The notes: a model not told the origin generated them from the sequence alone. A stretch of DNA of 63,669 bases, filler included, from Reticulomyxa filosa (GCA_000512085.1; 29 parts of 29 records of this genome joined end to end with filler, not necessarily neighbours in it); one strand, 5' to 3'; shown: positions 23,791 through 37,205, counted from the first letter of the whole stretch. Numbers and translations are program-made.

Positions 23791-24570
23791 TGAATTTTTT
23801 TTTAGATAACTCTTTTTTTTTGGAACGAATTTGAAAGTGGTTGAAACAAAAAAACGATTATTTTTATAAAATAATGAGTTTTGAAACTTTTGAAGCAACT
23901 TTAAATTTTGTTTGATTGGATGAGTAATGATTTGAGGATTTGTTGATTATTGAATCACTTTGCACAATTGTATATTTGCAATCAATGCAAGAATAAAAGC
24001 AAGAAGATGTTCTTACAGACAAATTGATAGCTTATTTACATTTTATTTTTTTGATGTTTTCCTTTTTTTAAAACTTGTGAAAGAACATTCCTTGATGAGA
24101 AAGATATATACTTTTTTTTTTTGCACAGTATACAAAGAACTTTAAAAATACTGCTTTTGAGTTGCTCAGCAAGAGTGTCAAAATTGGATATCAGTTTGTA
24201 ACGAGGTAGTTATTTCTTTTTCATGGGACAAGAAACGTCTTGCAAATAGTCAATTTAACTGATTAAAAAAATCATTACAAGAGTTTGGTTTTTACGATAT
24301 TGGCGTTATAAGTGAACACATCACTATACAACGCCATTCCTATAAAGAAAGGTTTTTTGTCCTTTTATTTTTTAGGCATTGCGTTTCGTTCAATCCTTGT
24401 TGTTTAAATAAGTTAATTATAAGATTTGTTACATTGCAAAGGTTTTAAATGACAAGTTTATACTGAAACGNNNNNNNNNNNNNNNNNNNNNNNNNNNNNN
24501 NNNNNNNNNNNNNNTTAATTAATTAANNNNNNNNNNNNNNNNNNNNNNNNNNNNNNNNNNNNNNNNNNNN

Positions 24571-25402
24571 AAAGAGCTGGGCACATTGCTCGGACTTCAA
24601 CAATTGTCTTGTGCCGATCGTGTGCAATACCATTGCAAATGGGAAATCCTGCAAACCTTTGGAGAATTTGTCAAGATGAATCGCCTGCTCAATGAAAACA
24701 ATACCACCGAAATCAATTTAAACTCGGATTTGAGAAACTTGTTTTGCAACGATTCGTCTTCGTCCTCCACCACCGTCTTAAAAAATCATTTGTATTTGGG
24801 GGATTTATGGAATACTCTCATTGACTTCAAACATGTCATGTTGCCGGATCCAATTTTGATTCAACACAAAATATTGTTTGTTTTGTTTTTTTATTATTTA
24901 TTTTATTTGATAAACGTTGTCTGTATGTACACATTCTCACATGTCATCACTTACGTGGAACAGAGTCGAAGGGAACATTGAAAACAACACAAGGATTTAT
25001 GATGTCGTGGTGAAACTGCCCACGGATGATTTTAAAAAAATATTGGAAATGAGCGATCAATGGAATGATTGTGTTGCCGAAATGGATGAACAAATATCAA
25101 ACACTTTGGAACAAATCAAAGACTGTGTGAAACAACAACAATGGTTTGAAAGCTTTGAAAAAGACCCGATCAACACCATTGATGTCACAATCCAAAATCA
25201 AAAAGAAAATTTACAAACTATTCAAGAGTTTTGTGAGGGTGCCAAAATGAAACCCTCACACTTTTTTCAACGTCCTGATGTTCTGGAAAAGGCTATTCCA
25301 GAATATCTGGAATCTCTTTCAAATCAATCCATTCAAGAAAAAACAAAATATAAAGACAGCAAACCCAAAGAAAATGAAACAAAACATACTCAAAAACCTT
25401 AA
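24571..25402 (+). CDS. SWI/SNF BAF60 (SMARCD/SWIB-domain) protein, 3' exons
   Basis: SWIB-like INLNSDLRNLF and PDPILIQHKI; C-terminal YDVVV...DEQISNTLEQI...FEKDPIN..IQNQKENL matches BAF60. Confidence 0.75.
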
Positions 25403-25670
25403 AAGATGTGGAAAGCAAAAATAAGTTAATTTTTCAATTATGAATAACACATTAGCTCATCCGACACATTGTTTTTTAATATTCAATTTCCTTTTTTCCT
25501 CCAAAGAAACTAACATCCAGTTGATTGCACTTTCATTGTTTGTCATCAAATATTCGCACTTTTTAAAAATTGTCCAAAATACGCAAGTGTATAACAAAAA
25601 ATTGTGTTGCTCTCATATGATTTTTGGTTGAAAACTTTTCTTTTTTTAATCAAAAATGTAAAAAAAAAAA

Positions 25671-25880
25671 GAGCACGCTGGCCACACCCAACCAGAGCAT
25701 GTGTCATGAACCCTCCCTGTCTCCGATCTAGCGCAGGACACTGTCCAATTTAACGCACGGGACTGTCGGGTCTGAACTCCCTAACCACGGTCTTCGTGGG
25801 ACATTACCTTACGTGCTTAGGTCCCCGATATAGGCCTACAACAGGCGCCACAGGCTCCTTCCCTTGGTCTACCGAACGTC
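25671..25880 (-). ncRNA. Candidate structured non-coding RNA or SINE-like element (identity unknown)
   Basis: Sharply bounded GC-rich island with no ORF and several hairpins; on the minus strand it ends directly in an oligo-T run (Pol III terminator-like). Confidence 0.4.
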
Positions 25881-26179
25881 AATTTGATTTAATTTCTGTA
25901 TTCCCACATTCTTTTTTTTTAATGCGTACCAAAAAAAACCCAATTTTCAATTAACAAAACAGAATAATAAATGGTTGTGGGTACTCGTTGGATTGAGACA
26001 ACACAAACGTTAGCGGTTAGTTTGAATAAATTTACAGGTTTTCCAGCATTTACTTCCTCCGAGGTCATAATTGAGCACAAAATGAGAAAACGCGTTTGTA
26101 CATAAACACCAAAAAAAAAAGAAAGGAATATCAAATTTTTTTTTGCTCGTTTTTTAAAAATTGTAATTTGAGAATCATT

Positions 26180-27405
26180 TTATAGAATGGCACAACATCC
26201 ACTGCTAGGACCAGGTGCATCGTCAGGATCACTTTGTTCTGTATTTGATTTGTCATATATTTTTCTTCCTTCAAACGAAAGAAATAAAAGCTGGCAAAAT
26301 AATATAATATAAATAAAATGGAATCTTAACGTTTTTCAGTTTGCGAGTCTGCCTGCGCATTGTTGTTCGCATTCGATTGATTAGTGTTACTGGCAGACGT
26401 CGAATTTGGATTGGGATTGTTTGGATTCGATGGAGTAGGTTGAGTAGAATTAGTTTTGTCTAAAGGAAAGGGACTAATGTTTGTAATTGACGGTAAATGA
26501 GCAGTGGATGATCGACTGTAAAATCGGGACACTCTGGGTTGTTCTTCCAATCCCAATGCTTCCTTCAGGTTTCCTGACAATACTCTGTCGGGTACTAATC
26601 GAGTAAACTTATCTGCTAATGTGCGAATTTCCCAGTCATTGGTCGCAACAATTCCTGCATTAAAAAAAAAAACGCATATGTTTGCGAAATAATTTTTTTT
26701 TTTTTTTTGTGGTTGATTTGAATTTATGGCCTATGTTTTCCACTTTTTATGTACGTAAGTGATTTATTTTTTTTTTTTTTGTGCCTTTGAAAATTTGGGG
26801 CATATTAAATGCAAAAGGAAAAAAAAAGTCTTTTTCCATAGCATATGCGTGCCCCTTTTGATTTTATACTACCTCAAAAGAGTTAATTTTTTCCACAGTG
26901 TATATATGTGCACGTGCATACCTGTAATTCGAACTAATTCCCTGTGTTCATTTCCCGCATTCGTGACTTTGAAATCTTGAATTTGGTTGACATCAACATC
27001 CACTGATTTGGAAATAGCCAACTTAATTTTGTCTTCGTTCGCTATTCCTATGCTAATATTTATAAAAAAGTCAAACGAAATATTTTCGTTGTTCGAACTG
27101 ATCTTTGTGTTGATTCCTGCTTCTCGTCGACCATCTTCCTGATTGTTTCCATCTTCGGTTGCTTCCTCGTTTTTATTTACATTTTGAGATGCTTTCAATT
27201 GAACACTTGTTGTTTCTGTGTTTTCATTAATTATTGCATCACTATCAAAATAAAATTTCACAAAAAAAAATTTTTTTAAAACGCGACGACCATAATTGAC
27301 AAATAGAAATACAAACAATCCCAGAAACCTGTTGGCCATGCTATATACTGATAACCTAGTTTTTAGCAGCAAGATAAATTTCAATTCGAAGATTATTATT
27401 TTCAA
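26180..27405 (-). CDS. Multi-exon hypothetical protein ending in a CAAX prenylation box (CCAIL)
   Basis: Last exon translates ...DPDDAPGPSSGCCAIL* (stop at 26180-26182); upstream exons near 26330-26657 and 26922-27250. Confidence 0.6.
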
Positions 27406-28481
27406 ATATCAAAGTCAGTTTTCTAGGTATTGCCCTTTCCTTCTCTTCCAAGTTTTGCGTTTGATTTGTGTCGGGTTGTTCCAGTACGCCAATGTAGGCT
27501 AAAGGGACTTTCTGTCTTCACTACAGAATAAACTTTAATATGATGAAATAAAGCAATTTGAAAGCATACGTTGAAAATAAAGCATTAAATACGCCATCAT
27601 TTACAAATACAACTCCTATTTCGATTTTTGTGTAACTATTCCAGTTCCTTTCAATGTTTTTGTTCGTTATTTATTTTTGCTTTTCTGTGTGTAGGACTAT
27701 TACATTTTTTTTTGTTACAAAGACAGCCGAACTTCTAGTGAATTTTCTGTTTCTTTACACTTTACCTTTGGAGCGTATTCGAGAATCTAAATGCTTGTCT
27801 TTTGCGTTTGCTGCAAAGGCAAAATGAAGGGTTAGATACATTGAATATTGGTGCGTAATGTAGTTCAAAAAACTTGTCACTTACAAACCAACGAAAGCTC
27901 TTTTTTCCGCTTTTAATACTACAGAAATTACTTGTTGGTATGGAGTATCTTTATTTGTATATTGCCATATCTTGTTTCACGTGTGGAAACGACAAAAGCT
28001 CGTTTTCATACCCTTTGATGTGGCAAATAAGAATTTTTGTACCACTCAACTAAAAAGAGTTGTAATCTCTTTTTTCAGTTTAACGGTGCAAATACATTTT
28101 TAATGCGTCATTGCGTATTAATACAAAGTGCAACAAAAATATTAATTATAGTGCGAAATCGTTAAACAAGCGATTTTTCCAGTTCTTTGCTGGCCTGTCC
28201 GAGAGTTTGGGTTTTGTCAAATAATTAAAGGGAATTAAACTTTCAGGATTTTTAACTTTTGTGAAGAAATGCATAAATTTTTAAGGAACAACAAATTTTG
28301 TTCAATTTAATTTTAGTTATTCATTAAATTGTAAAATAATGACAATTTTTTGTTAAAATTAACATTTTTTTTCAGCAATCACTTGAATACATGCTCTTAT
28401 CCCTGCAAACGATGAAGAGACGAGGATGAATTTAAAAAGTCTTTTAATTCAAAAAAAAAAATTGGCATTTTGTAGGAATGT

Positions 28482-29130
28482 TTATGATCTTGGTTTTTCC
28501 TTTTTGCCCAAAAACAAAGCATTTAAGGACACTCCGGCAACTTTCACAACTTTAAAACGGACACCGGGGATATCTCCGACTGAGTGACCACTTCGACCAA
28601 AACCCGCCACTAACACTTCGTCCTAAAAAGCAAATAAAATAAAAAAACAGTTAGCCTACGGAATTTCGCAAGGCTCAAACTCTCAAAGAGACATACATTT
28701 TCTTCAATAAAGTTCAAACAACCATCACTTGGCACAAATGCAGTGATTTTTTTGCTGTTTTTGATAAGTTGAACACGGACACATTTACGGATGGCTGAGT
28801 TGGGTTTTTGGCTTCTACGCCTCTGTATCACAAAATATGCCAATAACTTTTTCAGTCGATTACGAAATGGAGACAAAAACATACACTTTTTCAACGACAA
28901 TCCCTTTTGCATGGGAGCTGCCTTGAAATGGATTTGCCTTGAGTGACACTAGACTGTGCCTTCTTTTCCAACTTTTCTTTGCCCATTTGTGTTTTGATCT
29001 GTTTTCCTTCAGTTTACGGGCAGCATTGATACCACGAGGTTTGCTGTTTGAATTTTGTTAGTAAAATATCAATAAATTAAAGTATTTTCGTGAAGTCAGC
29101 ATTTAGCAATTTTTACCTGCATTTACCCAT
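28482..29130 (-). CDS. RPS23: 40S ribosomal protein S23 (uS12), four exons
   Basis: Spliced [16 protein letters not shown]...[32 protein letters not shown]...[38 protein letters not shown]; one apparent 1-nt deletion in an A5 run. Confidence 0.95.
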
Positions 29131-29577
29131 CTTTTGATTGCAAGATCGGTTATTAAGAGTGAAGCGATAACTGAGGGAAAAAGTCTAGCTTTTGGACGAC
29201 CGTGTACTTTCAAACGTAAACTTATTTAAATTTTCATTCAAAGCCAAATATTGATTGAATTATACACAATAATACATATTTTTTCTTTAACAAGTATGTA
29301 TTCGTCCCAAAGTAACAAAGAGACTAATGAATTTACGCACACATGTTGGTTTTGAAACTGCACTTAAAGAATATGCACGCATATACGCCACAATACGTAC
29401 ATGACGTTTTCCTTTCATATCACAAAAAAAACTTAAAGAATGAAATAATGCATATACGCATACAATATCGATATCATAGTTCTTGTCATATCTGAATTTA
29501 TTCTTTATTTGAACATCAAATTCGCCAAAGCAATTTTACTTTGACATGTCGATGTATTAATACTTGAGTACTGGCAT

Positions 29578-29770
29578 GTGTAGGGCAAGTCCCTATTATG
29601 AGTATCTGAACGTCAAGTGAACTGAGGAATCCCCAGTAGGTTAAACTTCATCAACAAACTTACTTCCTTGCTTTTCTTTACTTTCCTTTTGTTATCTTGT
29701 TTTATTATTTCAATTTCTTTCGTTTTACGAAATCAATATTATCTCCTTAGTAAACACCTCTCATATTACA
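29578..29770 (+). repeat. Repeat family A copy 2; possible solo LTR (TGTA...TACA)
   Basis: Homologous to 669-811; begins TGTAGGG and can be closed at ATTACA (29770); no target-site duplication found. Confidence 0.6.
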
Positions 29771-29949
29771 GTTAGTGTACCACTAATGTCAGCAGACGTA
29801 CAACACGTGCATACAACAGCACATAAATTAGTTCATAAAATTTATTTTTTTATTTTAATCTTTGCATTTGCTTTCTGTGTTATCATATTTATTTTATTGC
29901 AATTGAAAAAAAAAACATTATAAAACTCGAACGTTCGATATTGTATTGA

Positions 29950-30810
29950 ATAGTAGTTTGAGTCGGTGCATGATCGGTGATGACAATGTTGTTGTCATTT
30001 GTGTGATCACCTTGCAAAGCAGTCTTGACATGATCAAAAAGATGTGTTTCTCCACCAGTGAGTGATGAAACCTTAGGTGACTTTGAAAGACAAGACAATC
30101 TTGGACTTTCTGATTTCCACCTCTTTACGAACATACAAAGCGAGATTATCAATGAAATTCTGTTTCGATATGATCTCTTGGTCTTTCTCATCATCCACGT
30201 TATTCGCACCATTTACAGCACTTGCAGCATTTGAGCCATGTCCAATCAATGACAGCATTTCATCAACAAATAATTCAATCAAGTGTTGCAGATGATGATA
30301 TTTCGGAGAGGTACTTTTTTTATTCAAACTTTTTCATAAACAACAACATCATGAAATTGCGAGTAGTACATACATGCATATACACGTATAAATGTATACG
30401 TATATACACACGTATATATGCATTTGTTTCAGCAATACCATACAAGTGGTAATTACTCACAACGAAGGTCCATGCGCGCGTTGTCAACATATTTCATTTT
30501 TTTGTACTAAAAATTATTGTCTCCATCATTTGCCATTGTCTTTTTGCTTTCTTCGATGGCAGTTGCGTCGGAGGATGTTTCTTTTTTTGATATTGGCAAT
30601 GCGATTGCTCAAAGTTGACCAATTGCAAATGTGTTTTACGTGATCTGCTCGGTTTTAAAAACTTCTTGTTTATATGTTTCGTACAATCAATTAATATTCG
30701 TTCTTTGCTCTTTTCTTCTTACTTTCGTTGTGTTCGTTCGCGTTTCTTCTACTTGTCTGATTTTCGTGTGCAAATAGTTAACTTTTCAAATTCTACAACC
30801 ACTTTCATAT
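29950..30810 (-). CDS. Hypothetical multi-exon protein
   Basis: Coding-like minus-strand segments with a GTAATT...AG-style intron region around 30330-30458; no recognised domain. Confidence 0.35.
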
Positions 30811-31754
30811 TATCTCGTTTTTACAATTAATATTTATGTCATAATATCATCATCACTAGCATTGGCACGTGTTTGTGTGCAACCAAGTGCTAGCGTGCGT
30901 TTGGCTTTCGTTTTTTCCTTTTTGGAAGACTTTCGTTGGATGGCCAAATGTAAAGAGGAAGTCTCAATACATAACATATTACTTTTCTAAAAATAAATAT
31001 ACCCAAAAAATGTCATACAGTAAATATGCAATGCCCTCTAGATGATAGTGGAAGCAAAAATCAAAAAGGTTTTAATTAATTATAAACTGCAATTAGCGAA
31101 ATCTTTGTTAGTTGATAATAAAATACTACTTCCAGCCAACGAGCCGAATTCTTGCACATACGGCAAATATTCGTGGATCTTGTATCATATTCTTCATCAA
31201 ATGTACCTAGATATGATCAATGAAATGACACTAGCAACATGCATTCTATTGTCAATATTTTTATTAACAATAAGTTAATAAGCTCGAGTATGTGCTTATT
31301 GATATTGTTTAATTCTACACATGCACTTAGAAACACTAGTGATCCATTCCAATAATATTCATGCAATCGATACAAATACATATTACAATTTCATTTTTTG
31401 TTTTAAACTTTCATCAATTAAAGTTTTTGCATTTTTTTCTTTTTTGGTCTTGATCTACTTCCAATGGCGATTGAGACTATATTGACCCTTTCCACAATTA
31501 TAAGTCCACATCAATGGTTTGACTTAGACTGTCTTCTTTCTTTGTTTGCAACACCAAACCACATATATGCGCACACACATGCATTGCAAAAAAACAATAA
31601 AAAGAAAATGTTTAGATATTTGATTCTACTGCCGTTTAGACTACTTTTATAATTTATATTATCTTTACTTACATGGTTTGATTTCGACACTCTTCCTCTT
31701 TTCTTTTATGGGAGCAAGTGCCACTGGAACTTTCTTCTTTGTTGTTGAAGAAGC

Positions 31755-34085
31755 ATTACAAAAACAAATATGAAAAAAATGGAATTAAATCCCCCGTCAA
31801 ACACTTTTGGAAATTTATTTTTTTTACAAAAAATGGTTTTTTTTAAAAAAAATTAGTTCAAAAAAAATAAATGACCCGCAAATTACAAAAATGACCTAAA
31901 TCTAAAAAGTCCAAGAAAGTCTCTTAAAAATAATTTCTCATTTTTAGAAAAAAAACAGTTAATATGTCATTTGACAGTATTGATTAAACTGGTTCATGTT
32001 CTTTTATTTTTTCTGTTTTGTTTTCAAAAGCATTTACAATAAAAGTGAAATCTAAAAAAACAATTAAAAAACATCAATACTAGCACATAATTCAATAGCA
32101 AAAAGCACAAACAAAATTGTAAAAAATTATTCATTTAAAGCAACACTAACAGATATTATTTCTATTTTCCCAAAAAAATACGTACAAATAATAATTATTT
32201 ATATAAAAACAGTGTGAATGTACTTATCACATAAACTAAAAACCCAAAGTCCGAAATTACATTTATTGTCTTTATAAAGCTAGAACAATTTTCCATATCT
32301 GTATATTGACAAGCACATACAAACAAAATATTTTATGTTCACAAAGACAACGTACTTTGTGACAAAAAAAAAATAAAGTCAATATAAAGGTTGCAGTGAT
32401 ATGAAATCAATATGTGATAGTATGAATTTTCGATTGCCACGATGAAAATAAATAAGTTTGACAAAGATAATAATCACCAAAATTACCAATTCGAATTTGA
32501 AGATTGCGTTGCTATTATGCAATCTGTTGTTAGTCCAAAGCGACAGTTTTCTCTAATTGCAGTCAATGTAGTGATGTCATTTGTCAAGGCAATGGTAATG
32601 ATGACAATAGCATTACAGTTGGAATAGATTTGGAATGTGTAGTGGATATGTAAATAGACTGTGAAGCAGTAACAGCCAAAATAATTTCATAACAATATTT
32701 ATCAAATGGTATCAATTCCATAATATGATTACATCCAACAATTGCATAATGTTTTACTCGATATTTGCGCTGGTTCTTTGTTTATTGTAGTCCACATTGT
32801 AATATTTTCTTATCAAGTAACTTTCTTCTGATTTTTGAAGTCAGTTTTTTGCTTTGTTTTTCATTATTGAGGGAAAAATCAATCAAAAGTGCTTGTTGAA
32901 AAAAGTTTAAAAGTAAAAAAAAATGTTTCAGTTGAGGTTTATCACTTGAAATTTTTGTTTAGTACCCACTTAGAGAAAAGTTCACCAATCAAGTGTAGCA
33001 TTATGCAAAAAACACTCTGAATGTCCAAATCCGAGATTGCTTTCCTGCACAAGCACTTGTTGTTGACTACTCGAGTTGGGAGGCTCGAGTGACATAGAAT
33101 GTAAAAAAATAAAGAAAGAAACTCAAGAATATTGTGAAAAAGTTTGACGTCACCAATGTGATTATGTTTTTTTAATATAATTTCGACGTAATTTGTGGAC
33201 AAAGTATTACTGCCTTTTATATCTGATATGTATTTTTTTTTACCAGTATGATTTCAAATAAAGTGTTTTTCAAGGCAGATCCAATTGTGCGTAAATTTTT
33301 CTATGTCAATAAAAATAATTGACTTCACCTCCCAACGGCTATGTCGCAACTCATGTTTCAATGAATATGTGGAGGCAAACAAGGCTTCGGATCGTTATTG
33401 TAATTACGCCTGAATGCTTTTATATTTAGTGATACAGTAACCGTTAAACCACTAATTGGCACGTGGTCGGCAGTTAAGAAAACAAACTTTTTTCTGTTGA
33501 CCCGCGAGCCAATCAATCCTTTTTTTTAGAAACATTTTTGTACATTGTATCTTTAAAAAAAAAGGGTTTGTCAAATTTGCTGTGGTTATTTACAAGTTCA
33601 CCGGGCTGTGGCGTTAGAAAACACTATCACCGTATGATTTTTACCTGCAATACTAACGACAGCGCTACTTCAAATTTTAAAGGATTCGTTTTGATGTATT
33701 ATAAAATTTTGAATAAATGTGAGGATTGCATTATTGTTATTATTGATTCTTTTAAGAAATTCTTATTATGTTGCAGTTTTTTGCTCGTTTGATGAGTGAA
33801 AAAATTGTTACTTTTGAATTGCTGTTTGATTGATCATTATTTGAAACAAAACTGCAAAAAAATCTCTTCATCTACATGACCAAATTCAATAATAAAATAT
33901 ACTATCTATTTTTTTGAAAAAAAATGACAAACGAGAATATTACATACTAAGATGTGATTGTGGTTTATTTTTTTAAAATTGTGGGTCATTTTTTATTTTT
34001 TTTGAACCTGTTTCTAAAAATAAACCAGTTTTTATTTGACAAATGGGGAACGTAGTTCCATTTTTTAAATTTTCTTATTTGTAAT
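31755..34085. mobile_element. Degenerate DNA-transposon-like element bounded by ~250-bp diverged inverted repeats
   Basis: 31755-32030 aligns by eye with the reverse complement of 33840-34085 (shared blocks AAAAAATGGAA, GTTCAAAAAAA, AAATGACCC.CAA, TCATGT, GTTTTGTTT); no transposase ORF seen. Confidence 0.5.
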
Positions 34086-35937
34086 TGTCGCAGTTAGTTA
34101 CGAGTTTGGTTAGCGAGAAGCAAACATTTCGTTCTTTGGATATTGATGAAGTTTCCTTTCTTCGAGACAATGGAAATAATGCTGAAATTTTACTTTTACT
34201 TCGTCAAAGAAGGAAAAAGAAATTATATCGAAAACATGTCGTCGCCAAATTTAAGTAATTATGATAGTATTAATGCACTGCAAAGTGTCAGGTCCCAAAT
34301 TCTTATCCAATGCTGTTGGATAGTCAATCTTTTGTTCAGTGTCCACTTGCCACGACTCAAGACCAAAGTCACTCTTATTTATTGCATTTAATATTGCATT
34401 AAAAACAATATGTATGTCTGTTCTTGTTTTTATTTTTTTTTAATGCAAAAAAAAAAATTGTGTTTGATTTGAATCTACAGTTACCTCTTCGTGCAGATGA
34501 CAAAAGACAAAACTTTCTTGTCCACCATTTTCCAGACTGTTGCTTGCACGTATTTGGGATTGCCTTGTTACGATGGTATTGGTTGCCTTTTGCCATAATG
34601 AAAGTTATTTGCTAATGACATCTGTCGCAGAGTCGACGTGATGCTACATTTACAACAGATATTAATCCAATTCAACTTGGTTCAGCATTAAAATATTTAC
34701 TTGCAGCAATCAAAACATAAATACTGCTTCCAATAAAGTTTCTTTTTGTTTCTTTATTCATTTCAAAACAAATAGAAAAACTTTCTCACTTCAATGTCTT
34801 TATTATTTTTTATGTGTTATAATAGGGCCGCACAAGTATGATTTGCTGCAGTTGAAAATTAGTTAACGCGTTATGAATAGCTTTTTTTCGTGACAAGCAA
34901 AATATGCTTTTATTCCGATCACATTGATACTATTAGTCCTTTTTTAAAATATGTTATTTGAAAACGCGTTTTTACATTTTTGTGTACGTACATTTACTAA
35001 CCATGAAGAATGTTCATCATAAGATGTTGACTCAATTGTTCGTTATGAAGTACAGCAGAATGAGAGAATAAGAATTCTTAAAAAACAGAGGTTCTGTCGC
35101 AGTGAAAAACTGGTTTCTTTGCTACCTTTTTTGTTGTACTGTGTGTTTTCATAGAAAAATATGGTAAATTTTGTGTCCGTTTCTTGTGCTTGTTGAAATA
35201 CGTTGTTTTTTCTATCATTTCTTTATGAACGCATCGCAGAGAAAAAAACAGCCTTCGCATGAATAAAACAAGTGATTGCATTCCTTGCATTTATAAGAAA
35301 ATTATTGCTCAAATGATTTTTTTTTTAACCTGGAAAGATAATTGCGAAAAGTATTAGATAATTTATGAACATCCATTTGTTTTGCCTGATTTAAGTATTT
35401 TAAAATGCTCAGCAAATTTTTTTCAAATATTATGTATAAAAAATGGGACATTGCGTGAAGAAAGAAAAACGTTTGAAACTTCTGAATTTACAGAAAATAA
35501 ATTTAAAAATTTAAATTTTATGCTTTTGGTGAAACAACTGTGTCGAATGCATAAGTCAAGGCAAANNNNNNNNNNNNNNNNNNNNNNNNNNNNNNNNNNN
35601 NNNNNNNNNTTAATTAATTAANNNNNNNNNNNNNNNNNNNNNNNNNNNNNNNNNNNNNNNNNNNNTAGTTATTGTTCTTGTCATCGTGAGTTGTGCAGAG
35701 GATTTCGCCGAGCGTTTGGGCTGTCGGCTGACATACGATGCAGTGGCCTGAATAACACTGGAAAGCTGAAGGATTTTGTTGCAGCTAAAAAAAAAAAAAT
35801 ATAATTGATATTAAAAATCAGTTTGAAAGATACAATCAAGGCTTACTAATTGAAAGAAGATTTTTAAAAGTGCCTCAAGCACAAGCACAACCACAAGCAC
35901 AAGCCCAATTGCAACACAAGCACAAGCGCAAGAATTT

Positions 35938-36288
35938 GTGCAAGGACTTACAGAAGAACAAGACTACAAACAAGAACAAGAGCATGAACAAAAACAAGAA
36001 CAATGTTATGAAGAAAACAATTCACTTGCTGAATTGAACAAAAAAATTGAAAAACTTGAAAAAGAAAACAAAAAATTACAAAATAAAATTAGAAAAATGG
36101 AAAGAAAAAGCAAAGATACAAAACATGCTATAAAAAGAGCAGCAATAATTATAAATGCTAGTATAAAAAGAAATTATTCCACATACATAGCAGACGAAAA
36201 TTCGTGTGAAGAACTTAGTGAAGATGATCAAGTCGGCGAACATAAAAAACAAAAATTAAATCACATTAATGGCTACTACAGTGTTTAA
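35938..36288 (+). CDS. Coiled-coil hypothetical protein, 3' exon
   Basis: Heptad-rich LAELNKKIEKLEKENKKLQNKIRKME. Confidence 0.45.
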   Translation: MQGLTEEQDYKQEQEHEQKQEQCYEENNSLAELNKKIEKLEKENKKLQNKIRKMERKSKDTKHAIKRAAIIINASIKRNYSTYIADENSCEELSEDDQVGEHKKQKLNHINGYYSV

Positions 36289-37143
36289 ACCGCTTCCAAA
36301 AAAAATTTTTTTTTGACTTATTTTAGCTATGGCTTTTGAAAACAGCAAATGTATATCTCCGTTAAAGGTAGCTTTACAAGAGCGATGATCAAATTGATTT
36401 AGAAAATTCAGTAAGTTTTTTTTTGAAATTATAAAAAATACTCCAATTTTTTTGGAGTTTATCAAAAAAAAGTGGACGCAAATTCGTTTTTCTCAAAAAC
36501 ATATTGCAAATACTCACCTATTGTAATTACACTGCATTATTTGCAATGTGATTGCAAAGCAGAAATTTGTGTGTTTAGTTTTTGTTGCCTGTAGGTCAAC
36601 AGCTAGAACTGGAAAAGGTTCTCGGTTTTTCCATACTCAAAACCAAAGACCTTTTCTTGATTTGAAGCAAATCTTTTTTTTTCTCACAAAAACTTCTGCT
36701 TAAAAAACAGTGTGAATTTTATCCGGCAATGTAACATAAAATTGAAAGGCAATAAATAGAGGAGCATTTTGGAAATGCATAATACACAATAGCATGCAGT
36801 ATCTATAGTCGTTTAAGACAATTTAGTGTCCATCTTAGAATAAAATCATGTACGCTTAGATTTAAAACCATTTATCACAATAAATTCAAAACACATTCTA
36901 TTCGCATGTCAAGTACATTTTTTCAGATTCAGCTTTGATAATTACATTGAAAATTACATTAAAAAAAAGCAAAGAAAGACAAAAGCAAAAAGTAATAGTT
37001 TATTTTAGGTGGCGCCTGAAATAAACCGTTACTTTTTGCTTTTNNNNNNNNNNNNNNNNNNNNNNNNNNNNNNNNNNNNNNNNNNNNTTAATTAATTAAN
37101 NNNNNNNNNNNNNNNNNNNNNNNNNNNNNNNNNNNNNNNNNNN

Positions 37144-37169
37144 TCTCAGCACAACACTTTGGCCCCGCT

Positions 37170-37205
<36 letters not shown>

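Noticed and set aside
25671-25880. Firm assignment of the GC island as SRP RNA, RNase MRP or tRNA
   Set aside because: There is no SRP helix-8 AGCAG motif, the MRP-like halves (GTCCCCG and CACGGGACT) are in the wrong order, and no cloverleaf forms. It is kept only as an unidentified candidate.
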